Shown here piece after piece: positions 12,190-22,262 of a DNA stretch of 64,000 bases. Position 1 is the stretch's first letter, and every line of letters starts with the position of its first letter. Below the pieces are notes generated by a model. The model saw only the letters and a program-made list of their open reading frames with translations. It ran no database searches and was not told the DNA's origin. Made by a program: the position numbers and the translations under genes. Origin of the DNA: an uncultured Actinomycetota bacterium (GTDB taxonomy: Bacteria; Actinomycetota; Actinomycetes; Mycobacteriales; Mycobacteriaceae); the NCBI GenBank assembly GCA_963815705.1, contig CAWFHQ010000007.1, positions 170,687 through 234,686 of the forward strand, given 5' to 3'.

Positions 12190-12260
12190 GGGTAGTCACA
12201 AGGTTGCTGGCTTAGCCGCGAATCGACCCCAAGATGAATTTATCCGGCATCCGATCTTGG

Positions 12261-12542
12261 TCAGTGCCAGCGCATCGTGAGCAACAAACCGGTGATCATG
12301 AAAGCGAACGCGATCGCGTAGTTCCACGGGCCCAGGTGCGCCATCCAGGTAAGAGCGGTCGGCGCCTGGCTTCCGACGGCGGCCAACTGGAACACCATCA
12401 GCCAAACCAGACCGATCAGCATGAGACTCACGAACAGCGCGACGAACCACACGCTGGACGGTCCCACCTTCACTTTCACCGGCGTCCGGCTGACCGCGGT
12501 GACGGTGAAGTCGTTCTTCTTGCGGACCTTGGACTTGGGCAT
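12261..12542 (-). CDS. crgA: cell division protein CrgA
   Basis: 93 aa: [67 protein letters not shown]. It has two TM helices and the canonical CrgA sequence. Confidence 0.93.
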   Translation of the reverse strand: MPKSKVRKKNDFTVTAVSRTPVKVKVGPSSVWFVALFVSLMLIGLVWLMVFQLAAVGSQAPTALTWMAHLGPWNYAIAFAFMITGLLLTMRWH

Positions 12543-12660
12543 GACTACCTCGGGATCACGGTGAACGGGACGGGGTGCAACGATAGCGGTTATAGCTACA
12601 CGCAGGACTTGGCTACGAGATTAACCCACCTGGCCCCCCGACCAGGAAATTGGAGACTCG

Positions 12661-13404
12661 ATGATCCGGACCCGCCGGTCGTCATGGCGCTACGGTGTCC
12701 CGCTGGTTTGCCTGCTGGCCGGGCTGCTGCTGGCCGCCACGCACGGGGTCTCCGGCGGCACGGAGATCCGTCGCAGCGATGCACCGCGCCTGGTCGATCT
12801 GGTGCGTGAGACGCAGGCCTCGGTGAATCGCCTGAAGGCCGAACGTGACGAGCTGGCCGGCAAGATCGACTCCACGCACCTGAGATCATCCGATGCCGCG
12901 TTGGCGGCCATGCTGCGGCGTTCGGCGGAGCTGGCCGGCGAGGCCGACATGAACCCCGTCCACGGCCCGGGCCTCGCGGTGACCCTCGATGACGCCCAGC
13001 GGGACGCCAACGGCCGCTTCCCGCGTGACGCCTCCCCCGATGACCTGGTGGTGCACCAGCAAGACATCGGGGCCGTGCTCAACGCCCTGTGGAGCGCCGG
13101 CGCGGAGGCGATCCAGATGCAGGATCAGCGGCTCATTGCCACATCGGTGCCGCGCTGCGTCGGCAACACGCTGCTGCTCAACGGGCGCACCTACAGCCCG
13201 CCGTACACGATCACGGCGATCGGCAATGCCGCCGCCATGCAAGCCGCCCTGTCCGCCGCTCCCCTGGTGATTCTCTATAAGCAGTACGTCGTCCGGTTCG
13301 GGCTCGGCTACCACGAGGACGTCAAGCCCGACGTGCAGATCGTCGGCCACACCGAACCGGTCCGGATGCATTTCGCGCAGCCGCTGGGCCCGATCGGCTA
13401 CTGA
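12661..13404 (+). CDS. Rv0012-like membrane protein (DUF881-like, division-associated)
   Basis: 247-aa ORF whose ATG is preceded by GGAG. It has an N-terminal TM helix and sits in the conserved position divergent from crgA. Confidence 0.8.
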   Translation: MIRTRRSSWRYGVPLVCLLAGLLLAATHGVSGGTEIRRSDAPRLVDLVRETQASVNRLKAERDELAGKIDSTHLRSSDAALAAMLRRSAELAGEADMNPVHGPGLAVTLDDAQRDANGRFPRDASPDDLVVHQQDIGAVLNALWSAGAEAIQMQDQRLIATSVPRCVGNTLLLNGRTYSPPYTITAIGNAAAMQAALSAAPLVILYKQYVVRFGLGYHEDVKPDVQIVGHTEPVRMHFAQPLGPIGY

Positions 13405-13442
13405 GCAGTAGCCGGGGTTCGGCCGGGCGGTAACCTGACACG

Positions 13443-14129
13443 ATGCGGATCCTGGTTGTCGACAACTACGACAGCTTCGTGTTCAACCTCGTGCAGTACC
13501 TGGGGCAACTCGGAGTCGACGCTGAGGTGTGGCGCAACGACGACGCCAGGCTCTCCGACGAAGCCGCCATCGCCGCGCAATTCGACGGCGTTCTGCTCAG
13601 CCCCGGGCCGGGCACGCCGGAACGCGCGGGCGCGTCGATCGACCTGGTCCGCGCGTGTGCCGCGGCGGCCACCCCACTACTCGGGGTCTGCCTCGGGCAC
13701 CAGGCTATCGGGGTCGCCTTCGGCGCCACCGTCGACCGCGCGCCCGAACTGCTGCATGGCAAGACCAGCAGCGTCCACCACACTAATGTCGGTGTGCTGC
13801 AAGGACTTCCGGACCCATTCACGGCGACCCGCTACCACTCGCTGACCATCCTGCCGGAGTCGCTGCCGGAGGTGCTCGAGGTGACGGCCCACACCCGTAG
13901 CGGGGTCATCATGGCCGTGCGGCACACCGAATTGCCGATCCACGGCGTCCAGTTCCACCCGGAGTCGATACTCACCGAGGGTGGGCACCGGATGCTGGCC
14001 AACTGGCTGGCAGTGTGCGGATGGTCGCGTGACGACACCCTGATCCGACGGCTGGAGAACGAGGTTCGCTCCGCGGTACGGCCGCATTTCCCCGCCGACC
14101 CGGCGGCTACTGACCGAACTTCAGCGTGA
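13443..14129 (+). CDS. trpG: anthranilate/aminodeoxychorismate synthase glutamine amidotransferase component II
   Basis: 228 aa: MRILVVDNYDSFVFNLVQYLGQLG..PLLGVCLGHQAIG..HGVQFHPES. The class I GATase Cys-His-Glu motifs are present. Confidence 0.9.
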   Translation: MRILVVDNYDSFVFNLVQYLGQLGVDAEVWRNDDARLSDEAAIAAQFDGVLLSPGPGTPERAGASIDLVRACAAAATPLLGVCLGHQAIGVAFGATVDRAPELLHGKTSSVHHTNVGVLQGLPDPFTATRYHSLTILPESLPEVLEVTAHTRSGVIMAVRHTELPIHGVQFHPESILTEGGHRMLANWLAVCGWSRDDTLIRRLENEVRSAVRPHFPADPAATDRTSA

Positions 14130-15987
14130 TGATGCCGTCCCGGTTGACCCCGGCGCCGGCCGGCGGGTTCTGATACACCACCTTGTGGGACTGGGACCCA
14201 CCGGCGTCGACGTCGGCACCCTTGTCCAGCACCCCTGTCCAGCCCAGTGCGCGTAACCGCGGTTCGGCGTCGGTCCAGAACATGCCGGTCAGGTCGGGCA
14301 TTACGAACTGATTGCCCTTGGACACCTGCAGCTCGATGATCGAGTCCACCGGGACCGTCTGGCCCTTGGCCGGATTGGTGCCGATCACTTCACCGGCCGG
14401 CCGGGGGCTGTCCACCGCCGCCTGGGTGATCTTGGTGAAGCCGTAGACCGTGAGGTTCTTCTGGGCGATGTCGACGGTCTGGCCCGCGACATCGGGAACC
14501 TGCTTGGTCTCGGGTCCCGAGCCAACGATCACGGTGATCACGTTGGTGATCGCCGACGTCTGGTTGGCCGGTGGGTTGGTCCCGATCACCTTGCCCAGCA
14601 GCTCCGGGGTTGACGGCGAGTTCGCCTGCTTGAACTTGGTGAACCCGGCGGCCTTCAGCTTGCTCACCGCGTCGGAGTAACTCAGCGAGGACACGTCGGG
14701 CACTTCACGTTGTTCGGGCCCGGTCGACACGTTGATCGTGATCTCGTCGCCGGCGGCGACCGACGCGTTGGCGCCGGGATCGGTACTGATCACGTGATCG
14801 GGTGGGATCGCCGAGTCAGGCTTCTGCAGCGTGCGTGTCTTGAAGCCCCGATTCTGCAGGGCCGCAACGGCATCCGCGGACACCTGGCCCCGCATGTCAG
14901 GGACTTCAACGTCGCGGGTCGAGCCGCCGAACGTGTTGAACGCGATGACGACGACGATCGTCAGCACCGCGAGCACGGCTACCGCGACGACCCAGCGACC
15001 GACCGGACCGCCCATACGATCGGGGTCGGTGTCGCTGAGGCGTTGGCGTGGCAGCGGGTCGGAGCGCAGACCCCCATGGCCCGGGCCGCTGGCCGCCATC
15101 AGCGAGGTCCGTTCGGCATCGGTGAATACCTTTGGTGCTTCCGGAGTCTCACCGTTGTGCACCCGAACCAGGTCGGCGCGCATCTCCGCCGCGGTCTGAT
15201 ACCGATTGTCCGGGTTCTTGGCCAGCGCCTTGAGCACGACGGCGTCGAGGTCGGCGGAGATGCCTTGGTGCCGCGTTGACGGGGGCACCGGGTCTTCGCG
15301 GACATGTTGGTAGGCAACCGAAACCGGCGAGTCACCGGTGAAAGGTGGTTCACCCGTGAGGATTTCGTAAAGCACACAGCCCAGCGAGTAGACATCGGAG
15401 CGGGCATCGACGGAATCGCCACGGGCCTGTTCCGGCGAGAGATATTGCGCGGTCCCGATCACGGCCGCGGTCTGGGTGACGGTGTTGCCGCTGTCGGCGA
15501 TCGCCCGGGCGATGCCGAAGTCCATCACCTTGACCGCGTTGGTGGTGCTGATCATGATGTTCGCCGGTTTGACGTCGCGGTGGATGATGCCGTTCTGGTG
15601 GCTGAAATTCAGCGCCTGGCAGGCGTCGGCGATGATCTCGATCGCGCGCCGCGGCGGCAGGGGCCCGTCGTTGTGCACGATGTCGCGCAGCGTGACGCCG
15701 TCGACGTACTCCATCACGATGTAGGGCAGCGGACCAGCGGGGGTCTCCGCCTCGCCGGTGTCGTAGACCGCGACGATCGCCGGATGATTCAGCGCCGCGG
15801 CGTTTTGCGCCTCGCGTCGGAAGCGCAAGTAGAAGCTGGGATCGCGGGCCAGATCGGCGCGCAGCACCTTTACCGCTACGTCGCGGTGCAAGCGGACGTC
15901 GCGGGCCAGGTGAACCTCGGACATACCCCCGAAACCGAGGATGTCGCCCAGTTCGTAACGGTCGGACAGGTGCTGAGGGGTGGTCAT
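14107..15987 (-). CDS. pknB: Ser/Thr protein kinase PknB (kinase domain, TM helix, four PASTA repeats)
   Basis: 626 aa: [45 protein letters not shown].. with a central TM helix and a repeated PASTA-like C-terminus. Confidence 0.97.
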   Translation of the reverse strand: MTTPQHLSDRYELGDILGFGGMSEVHLARDVRLHRDVAVKVLRADLARDPSFYLRFRREAQNAAALNHPAIVAVYDTGEAETPAGPLPYIVMEYVDGVTLRDIVHNDGPLPPRRAIEIIADACQALNFSHQNGIIHRDVKPANIMISTTNAVKVMDFGIARAIADSGNTVTQTAAVIGTAQYLSPEQARGDSVDARSDVYSLGCVLYEILTGEPPFTGDSPVSVAYQHVREDPVPPSTRHQGISADLDAVVLKALAKNPDNRYQTAAEMRADLVRVHNGETPEAPKVFTDAERTSLMAASGPGHGGLRSDPLPRQRLSDTDPDRMGGPVGRWVVAVAVLAVLTIVVVIAFNTFGGSTRDVEVPDMRGQVSADAVAALQNRGFKTRTLQKPDSAIPPDHVISTDPGANASVAAGDEITINVSTGPEQREVPDVSSLSYSDAVSKLKAAGFTKFKQANSPSTPELLGKVIGTNPPANQTSAITNVITVIVGSGPETKQVPDVAGQTVDIAQKNLTVYGFTKITQAAVDSPRPAGEVIGTNPAKGQTVPVDSIIELQVSKGNQFVMPDLTGMFWTDAEPRLRALGWTGVLDKGADVDAGGSQSHKVVYQNPPAGAGVNRDGIITLKFGQ

Positions 15988-17297
15988 TGCGGTGTCTCGT
16001 GTTTGGCCGGCGACAGGCTGGGCGTCGAGGGGTGAGCCCAGCTCAGTTCGGGTGGCCTGCTATGGAATCCAGAATCGCCTACCGCCCGGCGTTCCGTCCA
16101 ATCAAGTCGCAAACTCGGGCCGGAACCGCTGGGGGTCTTGCTCGCCGGGGGCGTCCCGGTGTCGGTGACCGTCGGGGGCGGAGGCTGTTGCTGGCTATCG
16201 CCGCGGGAGTTGATCACGATGAGCACCGCGATGATGATCGCGAGCGCGCCCAGCACCCCGGCGGCCCACAGCAGCGCACGCTGTCCCGACGAAAAGGTGC
16301 GGCGGGCCGGTGGCGGACGATGACTACTCGTGGCCGGCCGCGATCGGCGCGGCGCAGCACTCCGCGCACTGGGCGCGGCGGTCGTCCTGGTCTGCGGGCT
16401 CGACGGAATGGCCGCCGGCGAGGCCCGTCCGGGCGGTGGTGACTGACTGGGCCGCGGGGGACGCCGGCCGGCCCGTACCGCGGCCACCGCGTCGGCGAAC
16501 GGCCCCCCGCTGCGATAGCGCATGCCGGGGTTCTTGACCAGCGTGATCTCGATGAGTTCGCGCACGTTGGGCGGAAGCTCGGGCGGCAGCGGCGGCGGCG
16601 GTTCCTTGATGTGCTTCATCGCCACGGTCAGAGCGCCGTCGCCGGTGAACGGTCGCTTGCCGCAAACCACTTCGTAGCCAACAACTCCCAGCGCGTAGAC
16701 ATCACTGGCCGGTGTCGCGTCATGACCCAGCGCCTGCTCGGGCGCGATGTATTGGGCGGTGCCCATCACCATGCCGGTCTGGGTCACCGGTGCTGCGTCG
16801 ACGGCCTTGGCGATACCGAAATCGGTGATCTTCACCTGCCCCGTCGGGGTGATCAAGATGTTTCCCGGTTTGACGTCGCGGTGCACCAGCCCGGCGGCGT
16901 GCGCGATCTGCAGCGCGCGACCCGTTTGCTCGAGCATGTCCAGGGCATGCCGCAGCGACAGCCGACCGGTGCGCTTGATCACCGAGTTCAGCGGCTCACC
17001 ATTGACGAGCTCCATCACCAGGTAGGCGGTGCGGCCCTCCCCGTCCATCTGGCTTTCGCCGTAGTCGTGCACGGCGGCGATCCCGGGGTGGTTGAGCATC
17101 GCGGTGGTGCGCGCCTCGGCGCGGAACCGCTCGATGAATTCGGGGTCCTGGGAGAACTCCGCCTTGAGCACCTTGACCGCTACCCGCCGGCCGAGCCGGC
17201 TGTCCACCGCCTCCCAGACCTGGCCCATGCCGCCGGTGGCGATCAGGCGTTGCAGTCGGTACCTGCCCGACAGCGTCACACCAACTCGTGGGCTCAT
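15984..17297 (-). CDS. pknA: Ser/Thr protein kinase PknA
   Basis: Start taken at ATG 17297 ([30 protein letters not shown]..), which forms an ATGA overlap with the pbpA stop. The 50-aa upstream extension in the ORF track overlaps pbpA and is Arg-rich, so I treat it as spurious. Confidence 0.93.
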   Translation of the reverse strand: MSPRVGVTLSGRYRLQRLIATGGMGQVWEAVDSRLGRRVAVKVLKAEFSQDPEFIERFRAEARTTAMLNHPGIAAVHDYGESQMDGEGRTAYLVMELVNGEPLNSVIKRTGRLSLRHALDMLEQTGRALQIAHAAGLVHRDVKPGNILITPTGQVKITDFGIAKAVDAAPVTQTGMVMGTAQYIAPEQALGHDATPASDVYALGVVGYEVVCGKRPFTGDGALTVAMKHIKEPPPPLPPELPPNVRELIEITLVKNPGMRYRSGGPFADAVAAVRAGRRPPRPSQSPPPGRASPAAIPSSPQTRTTAAPSARSAAPRRSRPATSSHRPPPARRTFSSGQRALLWAAGVLGALAIIIAVLIVINSRGDSQQQPPPPTVTDTGTPPASKTPSGSGPSLRLDWTERRAVGDSGFHSRPPELSWAHPSTPSLSPAKHETPQ

Positions 17298-18772
17298 GGG
17301 CCCCCCTGCAGTGCGGCCTGGATGACGGCCCGTCCGATCGGCGCGGCGAGCGCACCGCCGGTCGCAGAAAGGCGGTCGGCGCCGTTCTCCACGAGTACCG
17401 CTACGGCGACCTTCGGCGTCTGCGCGGGCGCGAATGCGATGTACCACGCGTGCGGCGGAGTGTTGCGTGGGTCGGCGCCGTGCTCTGCGGTACCGGTCTT
17501 GGATGCGATCTGCACGCCAGGAATGGCCCCTTTCTGCTGTGCGTCCTTCTCGGCGCCGACCATGAGCTCTGTCAGCTTAGCGGCGATCTGCGGCGATACC
17601 GCGCGACGCTGCTGATAGGGCACCGTCGTGCTGATGTTGGCCAAGTCCGGTCCTTTGAGGCTCTCGACCAGGTACGGCTGCATCGTCACGCCGCCGTTCG
17701 CGATGGTCGCGGCGATCTCCGCGTTCTGCAGCGGGGTCAGTGCCACGTCCTTCTGCCCGATGCTAGACATCCCGAGAGCGGCGGCATCCGCGATTATCCC
17801 AACAGTCGATTCCGCGACCTGCAACGGAATCACACTCGGGCTGCTGTCCAGGCCGAACGAATGCGCCATACTGCGCAGGGCCTCGGCCCCGGTGGCCATG
17901 CCCAACTGGACAAATGCGGTGTTGCACGACTTGGCGAAGGCTTGGCTCAGCGACACGGTTGGTAGGTCGCCGCACGGGGCGCCGCCGTAGTTCTCCAGGG
18001 TGGCCGTGCTGTTGGGCAGTGGGATCGTGGGCGCGGCCGTCAACTGCTCGTTGTCGGTGGCGCCGGCCTGCAGCGCCGCCGCGGTGGTGATCACCTTGAA
18101 AGTGGAACCGGGTGGGTAGGTCTCCGAGATCGCGCGGTTGGTGAGCGGATTGTCCGGGTCGTCGCGCAGCCGCTGCCAAGCCTGTGCCTGCACCTCGGGG
18201 TCGTGCGAGGACAGCAGGTTGGGGTCATAAGACGGCGACGACACCATGGCCAGAATTTTGCCGGTGGACGGCTCCAGGGCCACCACCGCTCCCTTGCACG
18301 GCGGCCCGCCGCAACCCTGCTGCATCGCGTCCCAGCCGGCCTGCTGCATGCGGGGGTTGATCGTGGTGTCGACATTGCCGCCGCGGGGATCGCGGCCGGT
18401 GAAGAAGTCGGCCAGCCGGCGCCCGAACAGCCGCTCGTCGGAGCCGTTCAGCAGCGAGTCTTCGGCTCGTTCCAGACCGGAACTGGAATACCGCAACGAG
18501 TAGAAGCCGGTGAGCGGCGCGTACACCGCGGGGTTGGGGTACACCCGCAGGAAACGGAACCGGCTGTCGGTGGCCACCGAGTAGGCAAGCAGCTGTCCGC
18601 CCGCGATGATCTGGCCGCGCTGTCGCGAATACTCGTCGAGCAGGACCCGCTGGTTGCGCGGGTCGGCCCGCAGCCCGTCGGCGGCGAAGACCTGCGTCAT
18701 GGTGGCGTTGAGTAGCAGCAGGACGATCAATGCCATCACGGTCACCGAGATCCGACGGAGAGAGGTGTTCAT
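17294..18772 (-). CDS. pbpA: penicillin-binding protein PbpA (class B transpeptidase)
   Basis: 492 aa with an N-terminal TM helix and the SxxK motif (STFK), SxN (SCN) and KTGT. Confidence 0.95.
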   Translation of the reverse strand: MNTSLRRISVTVMALIVLLLLNATMTQVFAADGLRADPRNQRVLLDEYSRQRGQIIAGGQLLAYSVATDSRFRFLRVYPNPAVYAPLTGFYSLRYSSSGLERAEDSLLNGSDERLFGRRLADFFTGRDPRGGNVDTTINPRMQQAGWDAMQQGCGGPPCKGAVVALEPSTGKILAMVSSPSYDPNLLSSHDPEVQAQAWQRLRDDPDNPLTNRAISETYPPGSTFKVITTAAALQAGATDNEQLTAAPTIPLPNSTATLENYGGAPCGDLPTVSLSQAFAKSCNTAFVQLGMATGAEALRSMAHSFGLDSSPSVIPLQVAESTVGIIADAAALGMSSIGQKDVALTPLQNAEIAATIANGGVTMQPYLVESLKGPDLANISTTVPYQQRRAVSPQIAAKLTELMVGAEKDAQQKGAIPGVQIASKTGTAEHGADPRNTPPHAWYIAFAPAQTPKVAVAVLVENGADRLSATGGALAAPIGRAVIQAALQGGP

Positions 18773-20178
18773 ACCCGCTCAATCGCCTCGGTGCCGGCCA
18801 CCGCGATCGGCGACGTGTCGCGTGTGCGCTGTCGCAAGGGGCGCCGGGCGCTATGCGAGATGCGCGCCAAGATGGCCAGCAGGATGTAATTCGCCAGTAG
18901 CGACGATCCGCCGTAGGACATCCACGGTGTGGTCAGTCCGGTCAGGGGAATGAGCTGGGTGACACCGCCGACGACGATGAACAGTTGGAGCGCCAGTGTC
19001 GACGCCAGACCCGCGGCCAGCAGCTTGCCGAAGCTGTCGCGTGTCGCGATCGCGGTGCGCAGGCCCCGGACGATGACGATGGTGTACAGCATCAAGATGC
19101 TGGCCAGCCCGACGAGTCCGAGCTCTTCACCGAAGGCGGCGGTGATGAAATCGGTGGACGCGGCCGGGACCGTGTCGGGCTGCCCGTTGCCTAGCCCGGT
19201 GCCGAAGATGCCTCCGGTGGCGAAGCTGAACAGCGACTGCACGCTTTGGTAACCGCTGCCGTCGGGGTCGGAGAACGGGTCCCACCACATCTGCACGCGA
19301 ACGCGCACGTGCGCGAATATGAAGTACGCGGCAACGCTTCCCGCGGCAAACAGCGCGAGACCGATGACCACCCAGCTGAAGCGTTGGGTGGCCAGGTAGA
19401 CCACCACCAGAAACGACGCGTAGAGCAGTAGCGATGTGCCGAGGTCTTTTTCGAAGACCATGACACCGATCGAGATCACCCAGGCCGCCAGCAGCGGTGC
19501 GAGGTCTCGCGGGCGCGGCAGCGTCATCCCCATCAGATGCTTGCCGACGCTGGTGAACAGGCCACGCTTGGCGACCAGCACCGCGGAGAAGAAGATCAGC
19601 AGCAGAACTTTAGAGAACTCGGCGGGCTGAATTGAGAAGCCCGGCAGGCGAATCCAGATCTTGGCGCCGTTCTGCTCGGACAGCGACGACGGCAGCAGGG
19701 CGGGGATCGCCAAGAAGACCAGGCCGGTCAGGCCAAAGATGTAGCCGTAGCGCGCGAGCTGTCGGTGGTCCTTGAGGAAGGTGACCACGAGCGCGAACGC
19801 GGCAACACTGACCAGGGTCCACAGCAGCTGTTGGGTCGCGCTGGCGTGATGACGACCGCTGAGCTCATTGCCGACAAGGTCGAGCCGGTGGATCATGACC
19901 AGGCCAAGTCCGTTGAGCAGCGCCACAATTGGCAGCAGCAGCGGGTCGGCGTAGGGGGCAAAGCGCCGAATGGCCAGGTGCGCACCGCCGAATACGGCCA
20001 GGAAGGCCAGCCCGTAGCCGGTCAGGCCCCAGCGCAGCCCGCGCTCCTGGTTGGCCTCGACGACGAGCAACGCGGCGAAGGTGATCGCCGCGGCGAAGCA
20101 CAACAGCAGCAGCTCGGAGTTGCGCCGAGTAGGCAGCGGCGGCGTGACCGTGACCGGGGCTTGAACCTGTGTGGTCAT
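18769..20178 (-). CDS. rodA: SEDS-family peptidoglycan glycosyltransferase RodA/FtsW-like
   Basis: 469-aa polytopic membrane protein with 4-nt overlaps to pbpA and pstP. It sits in the conserved operon position. Confidence 0.95.
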   Translation of the reverse strand: MTTQVQAPVTVTPPLPTRRNSELLLLCFAAAITFAALLVVEANQERGLRWGLTGYGLAFLAVFGGAHLAIRRFAPYADPLLLPIVALLNGLGLVMIHRLDLVGNELSGRHHASATQQLLWTLVSVAAFALVVTFLKDHRQLARYGYIFGLTGLVFLAIPALLPSSLSEQNGAKIWIRLPGFSIQPAEFSKVLLLIFFSAVLVAKRGLFTSVGKHLMGMTLPRPRDLAPLLAAWVISIGVMVFEKDLGTSLLLYASFLVVVYLATQRFSWVVIGLALFAAGSVAAYFIFAHVRVRVQMWWDPFSDPDGSGYQSVQSLFSFATGGIFGTGLGNGQPDTVPAASTDFITAAFGEELGLVGLASILMLYTIVIVRGLRTAIATRDSFGKLLAAGLASTLALQLFIVVGGVTQLIPLTGLTTPWMSYGGSSLLANYILLAILARISHSARRPLRQRTRDTSPIAVAGTEAIERV

Positions 20179-21689
20179 GCAGCCGCCCGGCAGTCGATGC
20201 CCGGCTGAGGTGGGAGTGGCGGGAGCGTAGTCACCGTCTGGGTGGTGGTCGCGGGCGACGTGGGCGCCGGCGCTGCTGGGGGGGTGCTTGCGGGGGGAGT
20301 GCTTGAGGCGGTGCTATTGGGTGGGGTGCCGATGGAAGAAGTGGGGGGCGCTGTGACGCTGGGCGATGTTGTCCCGCTGGTCGCCGGGCTCGGCGACCCG
20401 GGCGGTGAGGTCGCGCGCGGCGGCGGGCAGGGCGGCAGTAAGTTGTTGGCCGACAATTCCTTCAACTGCGATTCGGCCTCATCAAGAGTCCCGGCGGGAA
20501 GCCCGGCCAGCACTTGTGCGCGTGCGGCAGGGCGCAGATCCTGCAATTGCAGCAGTCGGCAGTCGAGGTGACCACCGGATTGGCTGTAGCTGATGATCGA
20601 TAAGTCGTTTCGTGAGTTGAGGCAACCAACCAAATAGGGCTCGTGCAGAGACATGCCCAGCAGCGACCCTTGAATCCCCTTCATGATCGACACCGTGCCG
20701 CTGTGTTCGGCGACGTAGTAGTTGCTTCGGATGATGGCCCGCCCGATGGCCAGGCCCGTGAGTGCCAGCAGAACCAGCAGCGTGACGACCATGAACGTCC
20801 GTCGCCACGCCCACCGGGGCGCAGTGGCCGGCTCCTCTTGTTGCACAACGCGTTTGGCGGCTTCTTTGCGAGGGCCAATGGCAGAAGCCCGGCCCGCCGA
20901 GGTGTTGGGCAGCGTCAGCTGGTCTTCTTCACCGGATACCGCGCCGGCCAGAATCGGCTGGGTCTGCCCGTAGTCGTAGTCGACGACATCGGCGACGACC
21001 ACCGTCACGTTGTCGGGACCGCCGCCGCGCAACGCCAATTCGATGAGACGGTACGCACTTTCGGCAACGTCGGGAATCTGCAGCGCCTCGGCAATGGTCT
21101 CGTCGCTGACCGGATCGGACAGCCCGTCCGAGCACAGCAGGTAGCGATCGCCGGCGCGCGCTTCGCGCATGGTCAAGGTGGGCTCGACCTCATGGCCGGT
21201 CAGCGCCCGCATGATCAGCGATCGCTGCGGATGGCTGTGCGCCTCTTCGCGGGTGATCCTCCCCTCGTCGACCAAGGTTTGGACAAAGGTGTCGTCCTTG
21301 GTGATCTGGGCCAGCTCGCCGTCGCGCAGCAGGTAACCGCGCGAGTCTCCGATATGCACCAATCCAAGGCGGTTGCCCGCGAACAGGATTGCGGTAAGCG
21401 TGGTGCCCATTCCCTCGAGATCGGGCTCCATCTCCACTTGTGCGGCGATGGCCGAGTTACCGGAGCGCACAGCCGCATCGAGCTTGGCGAGCAGGTCGCC
21501 ACCGGGCTCGTCGTCGTCGAGGTGAGCCAACGCGGCGATCACCAACTGGGACGCGACCTCGCCGGCGGCGTGGCCGCCCATGCCGTCGGCCAGGGCCAGA
21601 AGCCGCGCGCCGGCATAGACCGAGTCTTCGTTGTTGGTGCGCACCAGTCCGCGATCGCTGCGGGCGGCATATCGCAGGACTAGGGTCAC
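20175..21689 (-). CDS. pstP: PP2C-family Ser/Thr phosphatase PstP
   Basis: 504 aa: MTLVLRYAARSDRGLVRTNNEDSVY..LALADGMGGHAAGEVAS.. It has a TM helix and a Pro/Ser/Thr-rich extracytoplasmic tail. Confidence 0.95.
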   Translation of the reverse strand: MTLVLRYAARSDRGLVRTNNEDSVYAGARLLALADGMGGHAAGEVASQLVIAALAHLDDDEPGGDLLAKLDAAVRSGNSAIAAQVEMEPDLEGMGTTLTAILFAGNRLGLVHIGDSRGYLLRDGELAQITKDDTFVQTLVDEGRITREEAHSHPQRSLIMRALTGHEVEPTLTMREARAGDRYLLCSDGLSDPVSDETIAEALQIPDVAESAYRLIELALRGGGPDNVTVVVADVVDYDYGQTQPILAGAVSGEEDQLTLPNTSAGRASAIGPRKEAAKRVVQQEEPATAPRWAWRRTFMVVTLLVLLALTGLAIGRAIIRSNYYVAEHSGTVSIMKGIQGSLLGMSLHEPYLVGCLNSRNDLSIISYSQSGGHLDCRLLQLQDLRPAARAQVLAGLPAGTLDEAESQLKELSANNLLPPCPPPRATSPPGSPSPATSGTTSPSVTAPPTSSIGTPPNSTASSTPPASTPPAAPAPTSPATTTQTVTTLPPLPPQPGIDCRAAA

Positions 21690-22153
21690 GGGCGCAACTC
21701 GATTGCCGTCTTGCCGATCCGAATCGGCGTTCCGATTGGAACTCGTACCGCAGTCGTCACCTTCGCCCTGTCAAGGTAAGTGCCGTTGGTCGATCCTAGA
21801 TCCTCCGCGTACCATTCCGACCCGCGTTGCGACAGCCGGGCGTGCCGGGTCGAGGCATAGTCGTCGGTCAGCACCAGCGTCGAATCGTCGGCACGTCCGA
21901 TCAACACCGGCTGTCCGCTGAGCGTGATGCGTGCACCTGCCAACGCCCCTTCGGTCACCACCAGATAGCGGGCGGCATGGCCGCGCTGGCGGGACGGCAG
22001 CAACGTGCCGCGCAACGCCAAGCCGCGGCGGACCATGACCGCACCTGTTGGTGCGTAGATGTCAGTCTTCAAGATCCGGAGAACAGACCAGATGAATACC
22101 CATAACAGCATTAAAAATCCGGCACGCGTCAGCTGCAGTACCAGTCCCTGCAT
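21686..22153 (-). CDS. fhaB: FHA-domain protein FhaB/FipA
   Basis: 155 aa from ATG 22153 (MQGLVLQLTRAGFLMLLWVFIW..), with a C-terminal FHA domain (..TLVLTDDYASTRHARLSQRGSEWYAEDLGSTNGTYLD..). Confidence 0.9.
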   Translation of the reverse strand: MQGLVLQLTRAGFLMLLWVFIWSVLRILKTDIYAPTGAVMVRRGLALRGTLLPSRQRGHAARYLVVTEGALAGARITLSGQPVLIGRADDSTLVLTDDYASTRHARLSQRGSEWYAEDLGSTNGTYLDRAKVTTAVRVPIGTPIRIGKTAIELRP

Positions 22154-22262
22154 CTGGGCGTCCTTTCCGTCCTGGAGCCGCACCTCGTGAAACCAAGCAA
22201 CGTCACGATACTTGGAGGGCGGTCGACGCGGGGCGAAGCACGGCAGCTTATGCCCGGTGCGT

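Noticed and set aside
17298-17447. 50-codon N-terminal extension of pknA offered by the ORF track. Analogous extensions are offered for the PPE at 26656-26832, the GNAT, whiB5, the P60, the DUF1214 protein, the SBP-permease and the LLM gene.
   Set aside because: The extensions overlap the upstream gene or promoter region and are Arg-rich. Internal ATGs with SD sequences or stop/start overlaps reproduce the family-typical N-termini.
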